Shown in pieces: positions 45,831-55,706 of a stretch of 64,000 bases of DNA (the first letter of the stretch is position 1; the number at the start of each line of letters is the position of its first letter). The DNA comes from a virus. The notes under the pieces were generated by a model. It had not been told where the DNA came from. It worked only from the letters and a program-made list of their open reading frames with translations, and ran no database searches. A program made the position numbers and the translations under genes. The stretch lies in the IMG/VR virus record IMGVR_UViG_3300029215_000002, positions 1-64,000 of that record. One strand, given 5' to 3'.

Positions 45831-46664
45831 TCACTCCTTCCACAATTCTCTATATGCTTTTTTAGCAGCTTCTTTTAGTTTGACTGTCCAATATTCATCC
45901 GAAAAGTCTATCTCATATGGGTAACAATCTTTCAATTTATCGTGTTCCCAAAGACCTTTTTCGTTTTTAAATATTCGATAGAAAGCACTATTGTACTCTG
46001 TGTTTTCTGCACTATTGTCAATGCAGAGATTGTAGTCAACAGCTTTCTCTTCATTTCCATACTCAGCGTCTCCCCAACTATCATAGTTTTCGTGTTTTTC
46101 AATACAGTTTAAAATTTCAAACTTACATATGCGAAGAGAAAATATATTCGGCGAAGCTATTTCTTCTATTTTATCGAAGAATAAAAGAATTTCGTCTGCC
46201 CTATCCTCACCAAAACGATTCTCAGCATCTTCAGAAGGTACTTTATAGTATTTTTTATCAGATTTATCAGATGTAACTATAATTACAAAATTATCCTCAT
46301 AGTCAGCAATTTCTGCATCAAATAATTCAAGAAATTCATACAAATCTTCGTCATCATAAACAATGTTATCCTCGCATTCTACAGGGATTTCAAATTGATA
46401 TAAGTCATTGTATTTATTTACAACATCTTGAAATGTCATTGTTTTAAGGTCGTTTAAAATTTGTTCAAAATTTCCCTTTTCTAACTCAAACCCCTCATGA
46501 CAAAATCCAACTTTATCAGACAACCAATCTGAAATTTCTTCTTGATATGGGTCATCTGGGTTGTAATTAACTTCTAAATCGTAAGGGATTACCATTTCCT
46601 TTGGTAAATCCTGTAATGTTTCCTTATTATCTGTGTCCCATTTAATATTTATTGCTTTTAACAT
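45831..46664 (-). CDS. hypothetical acidic protein (277 aa); its central domain is paralogous to 49060..49398
   Basis: IPVECEDNIVYDDEDLYEFLELFDAEIADY...YYKVPSEDAENRF vs IPVECIDNVVFEDDDLYEFLKEIGAEIYDY...YYELPYAERENRF (about 50% identity by eye). Confidence 0.5.
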   Translation of the reverse strand: MLKAINIKWDTDNKETLQDLPKEMVIPYDLEVNYNPDDPYQEEISDWLSDKVGFCHEGFELEKGNFEQILNDLKTMTFQDVVNKYNDLYQFEIPVECEDNIVYDDEDLYEFLELFDAEIADYEDNFVIIVTSDKSDKKYYKVPSEDAENRFGEDRADEILLFFDKIEEIASPNIFSLRICKFEILNCIEKHENYDSWGDAEYGNEEKAVDYNLCIDNSAENTEYNSAFYRIFKNEKGLWEHDKLKDCYPYEIDFSDEYWTVKLKEAAKKAYRELWKE

Positions 46665-46670
46665 AATTCA

Positions 46671-46892
46671 TCACTCCATTTCTGTAAATCCATTTCTCTT
46701 TAAATACTCTATGTAATCTTCAATATCCGATTTCTTTTTAACCTCAATATCTTCTGGATGATAATATCCATAAAAAGCATTCGTATATACCTTATATGTT
46801 TTATTTTCCATATCAACAATGAGATGATAATTATTTGCACAATCACCACGTTTCTTCCAATTCTTATCAAGCCAAAATAGATGCAATCTCAT
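46671..46892 (-). CDS. hypothetical protein (73 aa)
   Basis: minus-strand ORF. Confidence 0.4.
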   Translation of the reverse strand: MRLHLFWLDKNWKKRGDCANNYHLIVDMENKTYKVYTNAFYGYYHPEDIEVKKKSDIEDYIEYLKRNGFTEME

Positions 46893-46909
46893 ATAATCAA
46901 CTATCCTTT

Positions 46910-47203
46910 CTATAATTCAAATTCCACGATTCTTCCAGAACTTAACACTACATATTCATCATCATTTTCTGCAATATAATTTCCAAGTTCTGTATAATCA
47001 ATAACTGCTATAATATGATAATCTGATAATCTAATCACATTATCAATATAATTATCTGCCAAATCAAACGCTGAATCAAATATTGCGACAATATGTAAAT
47101 CAGTTTCTGTTACATTGTCATGAAAATTTCCAAGAAGTTCATCAACTTCCCTCTCCCATACTCCTTGTTTTAATAAGTATTCCTTTAATTTTTCTTTTTT
47201 CAT
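46910..47203 (-). CDS. hypothetical acidic protein (97 aa)
   Basis: minus-strand ORF. Confidence 0.4.
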   Translation of the reverse strand: MKKEKLKEYLLKQGVWEREVDELLGNFHDNVTETDLHIVAIFDSAFDLADNYIDNVIRLSDYHIIAVIDYTELGNYIAENDDEYVVLSSGRIVEFEL

Positions 47204-47229
47204 ATATCATCACTCCTAATCTTACCGCC

Positions 47230-47739
47230 TTATTTGATAAAGCCAAATTCTTTTAGCACATCTTTAATACCCAAAGCACGATTTTCTTTTTCGATGGCTT
47301 CTTCCCAACAACTTTCCCACTCTAATTCATTTCCGTTGTCCAAATATTTATCTGCCTTTTTATAAAGTTTTTTGGATTCGTTTTCTAATTTATTGCATTT
47401 TTTAAGGAGATTTCTTATAGTCTGAATAACTTTATTGTTTGATTTGTAGTTTACATTTAACCAATCCATGTATAACTTAGTTATATCGTATTCTTTTTCT
47501 GTTAAATAACTATATGACTGTAAAAATTCTTCTTTCGTAAGAATTTTAAAATCTGCCATTTTAGGAATATCAGTAATAAACAAATTTGACATATCAAAAT
47601 CAATATCAAATTCTGTTTTGCATTTATCACACTTTGTATAAAAATTTTCTAAAGTCTCTTTATTCTGACTTAATTCTTTTAAATTAATTTCTTCTCCACA
47701 ATTAGGACATATGGTTCTTATCATAAAATCACTCTCCAA
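47230..47739 (-). CDS. hypothetical protein with an N-terminal zinc ribbon (169 aa)
   Basis: CPNCGEEIN...CDKCKTEF. Confidence 0.45.
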   Translation of the reverse strand: MESDFMIRTICPNCGEEINLKELSQNKETLENFYTKCDKCKTEFDIDFDMSNLFITDIPKMADFKILTKEEFLQSYSYLTEKEYDITKLYMDWLNVNYKSNNKVIQTIRNLLKKCNKLENESKKLYKKADKYLDNGNELEWESCWEEAIEKENRALGIKDVLKEFGFIK

Positions 47740-47842
47740 TCTTAAAATGAAATTGCTATTTCTTCATTCAATCTAAAATTACTTCTTTTGACTTGAGAAG
47801 TATAGAACAAGTCCTACACATATACAGTGTAGAATTATGTAA

Positions 47843-48805
47843 TTAGTTTCTTTTTGGCGTAACCTGTTGGAACATTTCTGTTGGTGACTGACCGTACGCT
47901 TCACATATTGCACAGAAAGTTTTGATAACATTTTTCCATTCACTTTCATCTATCCACTGGATATATGGCTTTTCACCTCTCTGTTTCAAACAAATTCCAT
48001 ATTTATACTGGAGATTCTTGTAAAGTTCGTTCCAAAGATTTCCAAATGGAACACCTGTCACAGCGGACAACTGTCTTACACCTGCATTTAATTTATTTCT
48101 GTCAGACCATGCAAGAATTTCACCAGCTAATGCTTTGTTGTCATTTTCTAACTTTTTAATATGTCTATTTTTGAACGCTATAAGATTTGCTGATGCTACT
48201 GCAACTGCATTTGCATCTCCACTTGCTACAGCTCTTCCGACACTAAGCATTAATTTCTGTTCTTCTTCAATATCTTCTGTCTTAGCTTCTGTTGAAGTCT
48301 TTTCTTCTATATTAAGAAGTTGAGTTCTGACTTCTCTAGCAATTTCTGATTCTCTAAGTAACATTCCGACTCGAAGAATTGCTCTGCGAGGAAACACCTG
48401 CTGTCCTCTTGTTGAGAAGTTGAGAATGTTTCCATTTTTGAATATAAACGTTACTTTTCCTTTTGAAGTTTTCAAACTTTCATATTGCAAGTTTGAAAGA
48501 TCTTTGTATTTTACAACCTTCATTCCATCAGATTTTAATTCATCAGAATGTCTGCTATATATTGCTACTATTGCATCTTCTCCAACTTCATAAAAATCAG
48601 CAACTTGTTTTACTGTTGCAAATTCTTCACCTGGTAAAAGAAGTAACTTCTTTACTTTGTCTAATACTTCGTATCTTTCTACACACTTATCTCTAAGTTG
48701 TCTGTTGTCAAGTAATGGATTTTCTTGTTTTTTCTGTTCTTTTGTTAATTGCATATCGTATCTTCCTTTCTTAACGCTTTCTAATTTATGTTTTACTTTC
48801 TCCAA
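47843..48805 (-). CDS. putative phage antirepressor-like protein (ORF6N/ORF6C-like), 320 aa
   Basis: The N-terminal LLLLPGEEFATVKQVADFYEVGEDAIVAIYSRHSDELKSDGMKV and the C-terminal AWSDRNKLNAGVRQLSAVTGVPFGNLWNELYKNL resemble antirepressor KilAC-type domains. Weak call from memory. Confidence 0.4.
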   Translation of the reverse strand: MEKVKHKLESVKKGRYDMQLTKEQKKQENPLLDNRQLRDKCVERYEVLDKVKKLLLLPGEEFATVKQVADFYEVGEDAIVAIYSRHSDELKSDGMKVVKYKDLSNLQYESLKTSKGKVTFIFKNGNILNFSTRGQQVFPRRAILRVGMLLRESEIAREVRTQLLNIEEKTSTEAKTEDIEEEQKLMLSVGRAVASGDANAVAVASANLIAFKNRHIKKLENDNKALAGEILAWSDRNKLNAGVRQLSAVTGVPFGNLWNELYKNLQYKYGICLKQRGEKPYIQWIDESEWKNVIKTFCAICEAYGQSPTEMFQQVTPKRN

Positions 48806-49047
48806 TAATCTTCATCGGTTTCTATATCATCCTTTTCATACACTGGAAATCTATGGAGTTTCTCACCGTCACTAAATTCCACATATTCATCTTCAAGAAT
48901 TTCACAATCCATTCCATAATCAGCAGGTTCAACTGTTTCAATATCAAATACTTCGTGGGTTTCTGTATTTATTTTACAACTTGTTTCAATTTCTCCTTCA
49001 TCTGCCCATACAGATGTATAGGTACCATTTACAACCATCTTTATCAC
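48793..49047 (-). CDS. hypothetical acidic protein (84 aa)
   Basis: minus-strand ORF. Confidence 0.4.
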   Translation of the reverse strand: MIKMVVNGTYTSVWADEGEIETSCKINTETHEVFDIETVEPADYGMDCEILEDEYVEFSDGEKLHRFPVYEKDDIETDEDYWRK

Positions 49048-49059
49048 TCCAATTCAATT

Positions 49060-49398
49060 TCAATCCACATAACTTTCAGTTACATCGTAAATTTTATTTA
49101 CATCAAAAAATAAAACTGTTTCATTTGGCAACTCATCATCAAAACGATTTTCTCTTTCTGCATATGGCAATTCATAATACTTGCCTTCATTTGTTGTGAT
49201 TATTACGTAGCCCACTCCATAATCATATATTTCTGCTCCAATTTCTTTCAGGAATTCATATAGATCATCATCTTCAAAAACTACATTATCTATACATTCT
49301 ACTGGAATATCTTCTTTACGAGATTCTTTATTATATTTTTCCATAATTTTTTCAAATGTTGTCTTCTTTAACTGATCTAATAAATTTTCAAAATTCAT
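49060..49398 (-). CDS. hypothetical acidic protein (112 aa), paralog of the central domain of 45831..46664
   Basis: See the paralogy note above. Confidence 0.5.
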   Translation of the reverse strand: MNFENLLDQLKKTTFEKIMEKYNKESRKEDIPVECIDNVVFEDDDLYEFLKEIGAEIYDYGVGYVIITTNEGKYYELPYAERENRFDDELPNETVLFFDVNKIYDVTESYVD

Positions 49399-49410
49399 AT
49401 TTATTCCTCC

Positions 49411-49683
49411 TTAATACTTTCCGTTTACCTTGTTGTCCCACATATTATTAAAACGTAGCAATGATGCTTTGATTCTGTCTTTACAACTATCACGGCACTT
49501 ACTGTCATCATCACATAGTGAACAAGGCAATATTTCTGTATGGCAATGAGAACATACTATAGATTCATCTCTCATTGGATTGAATTTAAAGTCGGTTTCC
49601 ATCTCACATTCTGGACACCATTCTGTCCCATTAAAGCTCCGATTTAAAAATTTTTCTTGCTGTTCAGATATAGTTAAACTCAT
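49411..49683 (-). CDS. Cys-rich zinc-finger protein (90 aa)
   Basis: CPECEMET...CSHCHTEILPCSLCDDDSKCRDSC. Confidence 0.45.
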   Translation of the reverse strand: MSLTISEQQEKFLNRSFNGTEWCPECEMETDFKFNPMRDESIVCSHCHTEILPCSLCDDDSKCRDSCKDRIKASLLRFNNMWDNKVNGKY

Positions 49684-49700
49684 AATTATGCCTCCTTTTT

Positions 49701-50033
49701 TCAGTTAAAACTAACCATAACAATTTTGTTTTCTAATAACGCAAGGTCATACCATTCTTTACTATCTTCACTGGTATATTCCTCCTGTAAAAATCTTCTT
49801 GCTTCTTTATTAGACTTAAAGCCGTTTTCTTTTTTAATAAGATTGAATAACCAATCTCTTTCAACAATTACAATGATTTCACAGAAATCGCTTTCTTCTT
49901 CTTTATCCGTATCTGGATTGTAACAAAAACATTCATCACTTACACAAAATGCGATTAAATCTTTATGTTTTTCAAAACCTTTATATCCAAAATACGCAAC
50001 TTCTCTTAATATTCTTTCTCTTACTGCGTTCAT
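49701..50033 (-). CDS. hypothetical protein (110 aa)
   Basis: minus-strand ORF. Confidence 0.45.
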   Translation of the reverse strand: MNAVRERILREVAYFGYKGFEKHKDLIAFCVSDECFCYNPDTDKEEESDFCEIIVIVERDWLFNLIKKENGFKSNKEARRFLQEEYTSEDSKEWYDLALLENKIVMVSFN

Positions 50034-50035
50034 AC

Positions 50036-50272
50036 TTACACCTCCACAATTTCAAATGTAACATTGTGAATATGCTTTGAATTATATCCACCACCAGCAA
50101 CTAGCTTTAAATCTCGCTTGATATAATTAATACAATCCTCTTCTGTGTAATCATCATTAAATGTATATGTATCATCAAAGCTCAATACCTTATTCTCTGT
50201 CCAATCTTTAACATATTTAACATCTGGATGATTTTTGTCTATCGTACAATTTATTTTTCCGTAATATTTCAT
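50036..50272 (-). CDS. hypothetical protein (78 aa)
   Basis: minus-strand ORF. Confidence 0.4.
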   Translation of the reverse strand: MKYYGKINCTIDKNHPDVKYVKDWTENKVLSFDDTYTFNDDYTEEDCINYIKRDLKLVAGGGYNSKHIHNVTFEIVEV

Positions 50273-50278
50273 TTAAAT

Positions 50279-50451
50279 CACTCTCCCTTCAGATTAGGAC
50301 ACAAACCAAGTCCTCCGTCAATTTCTGGTAATCTTCTATAGGTATTTCTATGAATACAATCTTCCTTCATACATCTGTGGCAATAACATTTCTTATATTC
50401 CTCGTAAGACATTTTATAATTTGTCTCTTTAAATCTCTCTTCTGTCATCAT
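50279..50451 (-). CDS. small Cys-rich protein (57 aa); not in the ORF track
   Basis: MMTEERFKETNYKMSYEEYKKCYCHRCMKEDCIHRNTYRRLPEIDGGLGLCPNLKGE; RBS GTGAGGT. Confidence 0.35.
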
Positions 50452-50501
50452 AATTCGTTACCTCACTTTCTAAATAAACAGTTCTTTCAACTGGTTTTAT
50501 T

Positions 50502-50882
50502 TTATAAAAAGATACATTCAATCACTTCTGTTCCATTTTCTTTAGCCTGATTGTATAATCTTTCTTGTTCTTCTGCCTTTTGCTTTTCAAAATCTGTAAT
50601 GTATCCATATTTTTCATGGAACAGCTTACTTTTTATATTTCTGAAAATATACATTGTGCCATCTGAAATAATACAATCTCTTATACTAATTTTTCCATGT
50701 AATCCCATATCACGGATTTTTCTATAATAATCCATCTGCTTATTTGCCTGTAAATCATAAAGGCTCACAATGTTTCGTACTACTCCGCAAGTTTTTCCTT
50801 CATCGTTTTTGATTGTAATACTTCCTTTACTTATTTTTACCTTTTTATTTATACAATCTTTAATTTCTGCCATATTAACCAA
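50502..50882 (-). CDS. hypothetical protein (126 aa)
   Basis: minus-strand ORF. Confidence 0.45.
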   Translation of the reverse strand: MVNMAEIKDCINKKVKISKGSITIKNDEGKTCGVVRNIVSLYDLQANKQMDYYRKIRDMGLHGKISIRDCIISDGTMYIFRNIKSKLFHEKYGYITDFEKQKAEEQERLYNQAKENGTEVIECIFL

Positions 50883-50890
50883 CCTCTCTT

Positions 50891-51340
50891 TTATAAGCCA
50901 TAAGCACTAATGTCAATTCTATTCAACTTAAAATTCAAATTCCTACTCCAATTTAACTCTCCTGATTTTACTGGCAAATCATTATCGTTATAATATCCAT
51001 AGATATTTGCCTTATAAATACGCCATCTTGCACCATCTACATGTAATACTGAATAAACTAACTTGTCATTTTTGTAGAAGTCATAGCAGCTACAATCAAT
51101 ATCAAGATAATATTTATATCCGTTTTCATCCTCTGCATTGATTATAAAATCTTCTCTGTTCATTCTTGATATTCTTGATTTACCTATTAGTTCTGCCTTG
51201 ATTGCATCTGGAATATCTTCAATCTTGTCTAATAAGCTTGAATTAACGAACACAGGCTTCTTTTCTTTTCGTTCATATAAATTTGGAAATTTCTTTCTAA
51301 ATCGTGCTGCTGTTCCACAAATATATTCATATTTGTTCAT
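50891..51340 (-). CDS. hypothetical protein (149 aa)
   Basis: minus-strand ORF. Confidence 0.45.
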   Translation of the reverse strand: MNKYEYICGTAARFRKKFPNLYERKEKKPVFVNSSLLDKIEDIPDAIKAELIGKSRISRMNREDFIINAEDENGYKYYLDIDCSCYDFYKNDKLVYSVLHVDGARWRIYKANIYGYYNDNDLPVKSGELNWSRNLNFKLNRIDISAYGL

Positions 51341-51407
51341 TTCGCATTCTCCTTCCTAATAAATAAGACAGACACATATATTTGCGTCTGCCTTATTATT
51401 CTCTGTA

Positions 51408-51563
51408 TTAAACTTCCTTAACTTCTAACATTTCATACTCAACATCACCATTATCAAGTCCGTAAATTCGCTTACATTCTTCAATAGATGATACTGTACA
51501 GCTTTGTATTCTCCACTCCCAATTACTCATTGCATCTCTATATCTGAATGTAATATTAAGCAT
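51408..51563 (-). CDS. small protein (51 aa); not in the ORF track
   Basis: MLNITFRYRDAMSNWEWRIQSCTVSSIEECKRIYGLDNGDVEYEMLEVKEV; GGAGG RBS; 8-nt overlap with the upstream gene. Confidence 0.3.
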   Translation of the reverse strand: MLNITFRYRDAMSNWEWRIQSCTVSSIEECKRIYGLDNGDVEYEMLEVKEV

Positions 51564-52077
51564 CTACATTATCCTCCTTTGGTGTAATAAGCTTTGTAAT
51601 CTTATCTCTGAAAAATTCACAATATCCGTGAATACTTCCGTCATTATAAACCCAAAACCAATCGTTATCATCATTCCAAAAAATCATTACCTCATGTCCA
51701 ATTGTCACACCCTCAAATACAAAACTTTTACGGTCTCCATTTTCAGATTTAAAACAATCATCTACTGTAGCATCACTTACTCCATTTTTCTTTAAGACAA
51801 GATATAAATATCTTCTAAGATTTTCTAAATCTCTTTCTGTTTGAATATCAAATATTTCAACTCTTTCATCTTCACTACAGTTATCGTTTATATTAGCATG
51901 TAAAATATAGTTTTTATTTCCCATTCTTTTTAACTCTTTGCTTACTGCAAACAGTGCTGATTCTTCATATTTTTTACATTCTTCTTCGTTACTAAATACA
52001 GTTCCATCCTCTGCAATGTACTCTGTTCTTACAAGTTTCTCAATTGTTTCTATTTTTCTAATTTCGTTTACCTTCAT
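51556..52077 (-). CDS. hypothetical protein (173 aa)
   Basis: minus-strand ORF. Confidence 0.45.
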   Translation of the reverse strand: MKVNEIRKIETIEKLVRTEYIAEDGTVFSNEEECKKYEESALFAVSKELKRMGNKNYILHANINDNCSEDERVEIFDIQTERDLENLRRYLYLVLKKNGVSDATVDDCFKSENGDRKSFVFEGVTIGHEVMIFWNDDNDWFWVYNDGSIHGYCEFFRDKITKLITPKEDNVDA

Positions 52078-52189
52078 AATTTTAGTCTCCTTTTCTTATA
52101 CTATATATTGTATTTACTTGTTTTATGTACCACTATATCTTGTAATTATTTTGCCAAGAAATTACAATTTCCTTTGTAATTGTCATATC

Positions 52190-52720
52190 TTATTCCTCCG
52201 TTTCTGTTTCGTGCCACTGCAATCCTCTTGCCTTATATAATGGAATCCAATGACTTTCATAAAAATCATAACCAGCTCCATCAATTCCGAAGAAGTAACC
52301 AAAATCTTCGCTTTCATAGACTCTAAATCCGCACTGTGACATCAGTTCAATTCCGTTATCTTCTTCTAACCACCAATCATCACAACTATCTCCAAAGCTC
52401 CACATTGTTCCCCACATTGGAAGATAATCATCATGATCAACTTCAAAATCGCCATTTTCACATTTGATTTCTTCTCCATTGTCAAGTGAGATAATATATT
52501 CTTCCGTTTCTTCGTCAATGTCTGTGATTTCTCCATAGTCTCTATTATCGAATACATATACTCTGTCTCCTTTGCTTGGCTTTGTAACTTCTGTCCAATC
52601 ATCAGGATAATCTTGGAATAACCTTGAAATCATTTCCTGTGGAATTGCATTCATTTCATGCACCCATGCTTCAGTTGCTTCTTTAATTGTTTTAAATCTA
52701 CTCATAATCGTTTTCCTCAC
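52190..52720 (-). CDS. hypothetical acidic protein (176 aa)
   Basis: minus-strand ORF. Confidence 0.45.
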   Translation of the reverse strand: MRKTIMSRFKTIKEATEAWVHEMNAIPQEMISRLFQDYPDDWTEVTKPSKGDRVYVFDNRDYGEITDIDEETEEYIISLDNGEEIKCENGDFEVDHDDYLPMWGTMWSFGDSCDDWWLEEDNGIELMSQCGFRVYESEDFGYFFGIDGAGYDFYESHWIPLYKARGLQWHETETEE

Positions 52721-52855
52721 TTTCTTGTAATAAAATAGGCAGCTAGGTATTTATTCTCCTAACTGCCTTTGCGTTTGCGTTATTCTGTTTAGTTGCTAAA
52801 TTAAGTTATAATTAGTTCATACTGAAATGTAAATAAGAAATCTTAGTTTCCTTTG

Positions 52856-53614
52856 TTAAAATAAATCATTCTTTTTTATTTCTTTAAGAACAACATCTCT
52901 GTTCTTCAAAGTAATTGTATATGGTATGCCTCCTCTATATCCAAATATTTTACCAGATTCACGCATTTTTCTGTTGTCTTCTGCTGTAAACCTCCTTCCA
53001 CTACTAACAACAGATCCAATTTCAAATAATTCAGAGTCAAGTTTCTCCTTTGCATTTGCCTCACTATCAGCCTCTATATTCCTTGTACATGTTTTAATCT
53101 CTTCTTCCTTAGTTGAACTATCAACATAAGTTTCTGAAATCTCAAATACATATACGTTATCATAAGCAGGAATACCTAATTCCCAACATACAATTTCTTT
53201 TGCTTCCGATTCTAAAATTCCTTGCAGGGCTACCCGAAAAGAAATTCTTTCATCCTTTGAAAGCTGTTCATACTTTTCCATTCTTTCTATTTCAAATGGA
53301 AATTCATAATCAACCACTCTGCCGCTATCATAAAGAGCATCAACAGTTGCATCATCACAAGTAAAAAATGAACCATCAGAACAAACAAACCAATTTGTCT
53401 TTCCCTTTCCCTCTACATCTTTTACAGTTGCGAAATCTTGATACATTTCTGTTGGACAATCAATCTCTCCAATGTATCTATACTGCAAATCTTCTTTCAG
53501 ACTTGCAACCCTTCTCCGTGAATCTTCCTCTATAGCAGAAAATAAATTCTGCCAATCTTTATTACTTAACGCCTCTAACTGTTCCATAATATTTGCCATA
53601 ATATCATCCTCCAT
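52856..53614 (-). CDS. hypothetical protein (252 aa)
   Basis: minus-strand ORF; GGAGGATG RBS; a conserved structured leader upstream. Confidence 0.5.
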   Translation of the reverse strand: MEDDIMANIMEQLEALSNKDWQNLFSAIEEDSRRRVASLKEDLQYRYIGEIDCPTEMYQDFATVKDVEGKGKTNWFVCSDGSFFTCDDATVDALYDSGRVVDYEFPFEIERMEKYEQLSKDERISFRVALQGILESEAKEIVCWELGIPAYDNVYVFEISETYVDSSTKEEEIKTCTRNIEADSEANAKEKLDSELFEIGSVVSSGRRFTAEDNRKMRESGKIFGYRGGIPYTITLKNRDVVLKEIKKNDLF

Positions 53615-53722
53615 TCAGATTTAGTTTGTCATCATCAGTCTACAAGTTACTATCTTGCATAGACCGCCTGTAATAAGGCGGTTTCGACTTAATTCTTTGT
53701 AATGAAATGCGAATTTAGTCTG

Positions 53723-53998
53723 CTATAAATGTTCAACCAAATCTCTTGCAAGTTCCATATCATTTTTACCTTGTGCGATTCCGACACATGCAGCTTTAAG
53801 CATATTTATACTTGCCTGTTCACTTTCTCTACATCTGTCTATAATAGATTGATGGTACTCTTTTTCAACTTCCCTCAATCTGGTATTCTCCTGCCTTAAA
53901 TATCTATTTTCTCTCACAATATCAGCAAGTCCTAACACCAATTCTTCTATATCATATCTTTCCATATTTGCTTTCCTTTCTTCCAATGAAACACGCAT
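53723..53998 (-). CDS. hypothetical coiled-coil protein (91 aa)
   Basis: minus-strand ORF. Confidence 0.4.
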   Translation of the reverse strand: MRVSLEERKANMERYDIEELVLGLADIVRENRYLRQENTRLREVEKEYHQSIIDRCRESEQASINMLKAACVGIAQGKNDMELARDLVEHL

Positions 53999-54013
53999 TT
54001 AATCAGTTACTTT

Positions 54014-54304
54014 TTAATCTGCATAATACAACCCCCATTTTACTTCGACAACTTCCCAAGTCCATTCATATTCTCCATCGTAGGATGAAAGATATGCTGT
54101 ACCGTCATCACTAATTGTTAAATCAATTAAATCTTTATCTCCGTCATCTGCATTATTCACTTCTTCTTCATAAGTGTTTTGTGCATCCTTTTTGAGAAAT
54201 GTATAAGCATCATCCTCATTATCGAATATATCATGGCTTGCAATTTCCTTTTCGTGAACCGCATAACAAATTACTACATATTTTTTCATATTATCACCTC
54301 TCAC
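54014..54304 (-). CDS. hypothetical acidic protein (96 aa)
   Basis: minus-strand ORF. Confidence 0.4.
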   Translation of the reverse strand: MRGDNMKKYVVICYAVHEKEIASHDIFDNEDDAYTFLKKDAQNTYEEEVNNADDGDKDLIDLTISDDGTAYLSSYDGEYEWTWEVVEVKWGLYYAD

Positions 54305-54322
54305 TTTAAAATGTTGTTTTCC

Positions 54323-54595
54323 TTAGGCTGTCGCAGTTTCAAACATATGAAAACTATAACTAGACCCAATTCCAACTTCACCATTTTGTTCACCGATGAT
54401 TTCGCTTAATAAGTCAATCATTTCATTTTGACTTTTAGTTCCGTATAAAATATTTCTTGTACCTACCCATACAATGAAGTATTTATAACCCCAATAACAA
54501 TCATCACCATTGTCAAATACAGGTGGATCTGTAGTGAAATATACTTCACCGTTTAGTTTGTTAGCTAACTGTTTTAACTCCCTTTTTATTTTCAT
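54323..54595 (-). CDS. hypothetical protein (90 aa)
   Basis: minus-strand ORF. Confidence 0.4.
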   Translation of the reverse strand: MKIKRELKQLANKLNGEVYFTTDPPVFDNGDDCYWGYKYFIVWVGTRNILYGTKSQNEMIDLLSEIIGEQNGEVGIGSSYSFHMFETATA

Positions 54596-54617
54596 ATTAT
54601 TACCTCCAGTTTTATTT

Positions 54618-54884
54618 TTATAAGTTATTGTATATGTAATTACAAGTTTCGATTATCTTTTCTCTGTTCGCAGCTTCTCTTTTGCGTTGCATTGTTTCAA
54701 AATGCTTTTGAGAATGTATAATAGATTTGTATACATCTATTGCAATCTTTGTGACACTTAATGCTAATAATGTTATTGTTGCAAATAAAAGTCTTGTACC
54801 AACACCATAAGGCAAGAAAAAAGCAACTGCAAAAACAGTTGCTAAAATTAATTTCGCTTTTTTAGTTATGTATAAATGTTTCAT
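54618..54884 (-). CDS. two-TM membrane protein (88 aa)
   Basis: LILATVFAVAFFLPYGVGTRLLFATITLLALSV. Confidence 0.4.
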   Translation of the reverse strand: MKHLYITKKAKLILATVFAVAFFLPYGVGTRLLFATITLLALSVTKIAIDVYKSIIHSQKHFETMQRKREAANREKIIETCNYIYNNL

Positions 54885-54915
54885 AATATTCCCTCCTTAA
54901 TTTTAATTTCGTTTT

Positions 54916-55269
54916 TTAGTTCCAATAGTACCAATCAATAATATTATTGTTATTGTCTAATACAAGTTCTACAATTACTTCATCCCAGTTATCAGCTGTA
55001 AGGTAGAATGAGTCGTTGTAAATATACTCATTTCCCTTGCTATCTACAAAATGAATAGCTGGTTTATTGTTTATACACGCAATTGATTTAATTTTTGCGT
55101 GTTCGTAATGAATAGCTGTTTCCGTTGTAATTGTAGGCGTTGCGTCTGTAGGTGTTAATGATACACCTAGTACAGTTGTTAATGTTAAAATTGCAGTTGT
55201 TAAAAGTTTCTTAAACTTCATAATTAAAACCTCCGTTTCGTTTTTTTTAGGTATAAAAATAACAGCCAC
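54916..55269 (-). CDS. secreted protein with a signal peptide (117 aa)
   Basis: MKFKKLLTTAILTLTTVLGVSLTPTDA. Confidence 0.4.
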   Translation of the reverse strand: MAVIFIPKKNETEVLIMKFKKLLTTAILTLTTVLGVSLTPTDATPTITTETAIHYEHAKIKSIACINNKPAIHFVDSKGNEYIYNDSFYLTADNWDEVIVELVLDNNNNIIDWYYWN

Positions 55270-55307
55270 CGTTTTTGATGACTGTTGTTAGTTACTGTTT
55301 CGCTTAT

Positions 55308-55706
55308 TTATTTTTGTAAATATTTTTGAACAAACTTTGGAAGTTCATAATAATAGTAATCATATTCATCCTCAATTTGTTCATTCTGGATTTCTCTATA
55401 GCTAGACCATTCATCTATGGTAATTCCATATTCTTCGTATAACCATTCAGAAAATGATAACTTGCCTTCCGTATTAGGAGTTGGAATGGTTTCAAGCTCA
55501 AAGTCGGTTTCTTCGATACTAAACCAGTCCATTTCCCATTCTCCGTTTACCTTTTCGTAGATACTTAGGCATCCATTGCTTTCCCACGTACTTGTGGCGA
55601 TAGGATTACCGGTTTCGGTATTTACACCGTACCAAAAGCCATTTTTAAGTGTAAATCCGTGGTAATTAGCACTTTCAAAGTCTGCCATTTTCTTTAATTT
55701 AAGCAT
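55308..55706 (-). CDS. hypothetical protein (132 aa)
   Basis: minus-strand ORF; a conserved hairpin motif in the leader. Confidence 0.45.
   Translation of the reverse strand: MLKLKKMADFESANYHGFTLKNGFWYGVNTETGNPIATSTWESNGCLSIYEKVNGEWEMDWFSIEETDFELETIPTPNTEGKLSFSEWLYEEYGITIDEWSSYREIQNEQIEDEYDYYYYELPKFVQKYLQK

Noticed and set aside
52366-52602. 78-aa minus-strand ORF nested in another frame within 52190..52720
   Set aside because: It is fully contained in a longer, protein-like ORF on the same strand, and is an alternative-frame artefact.
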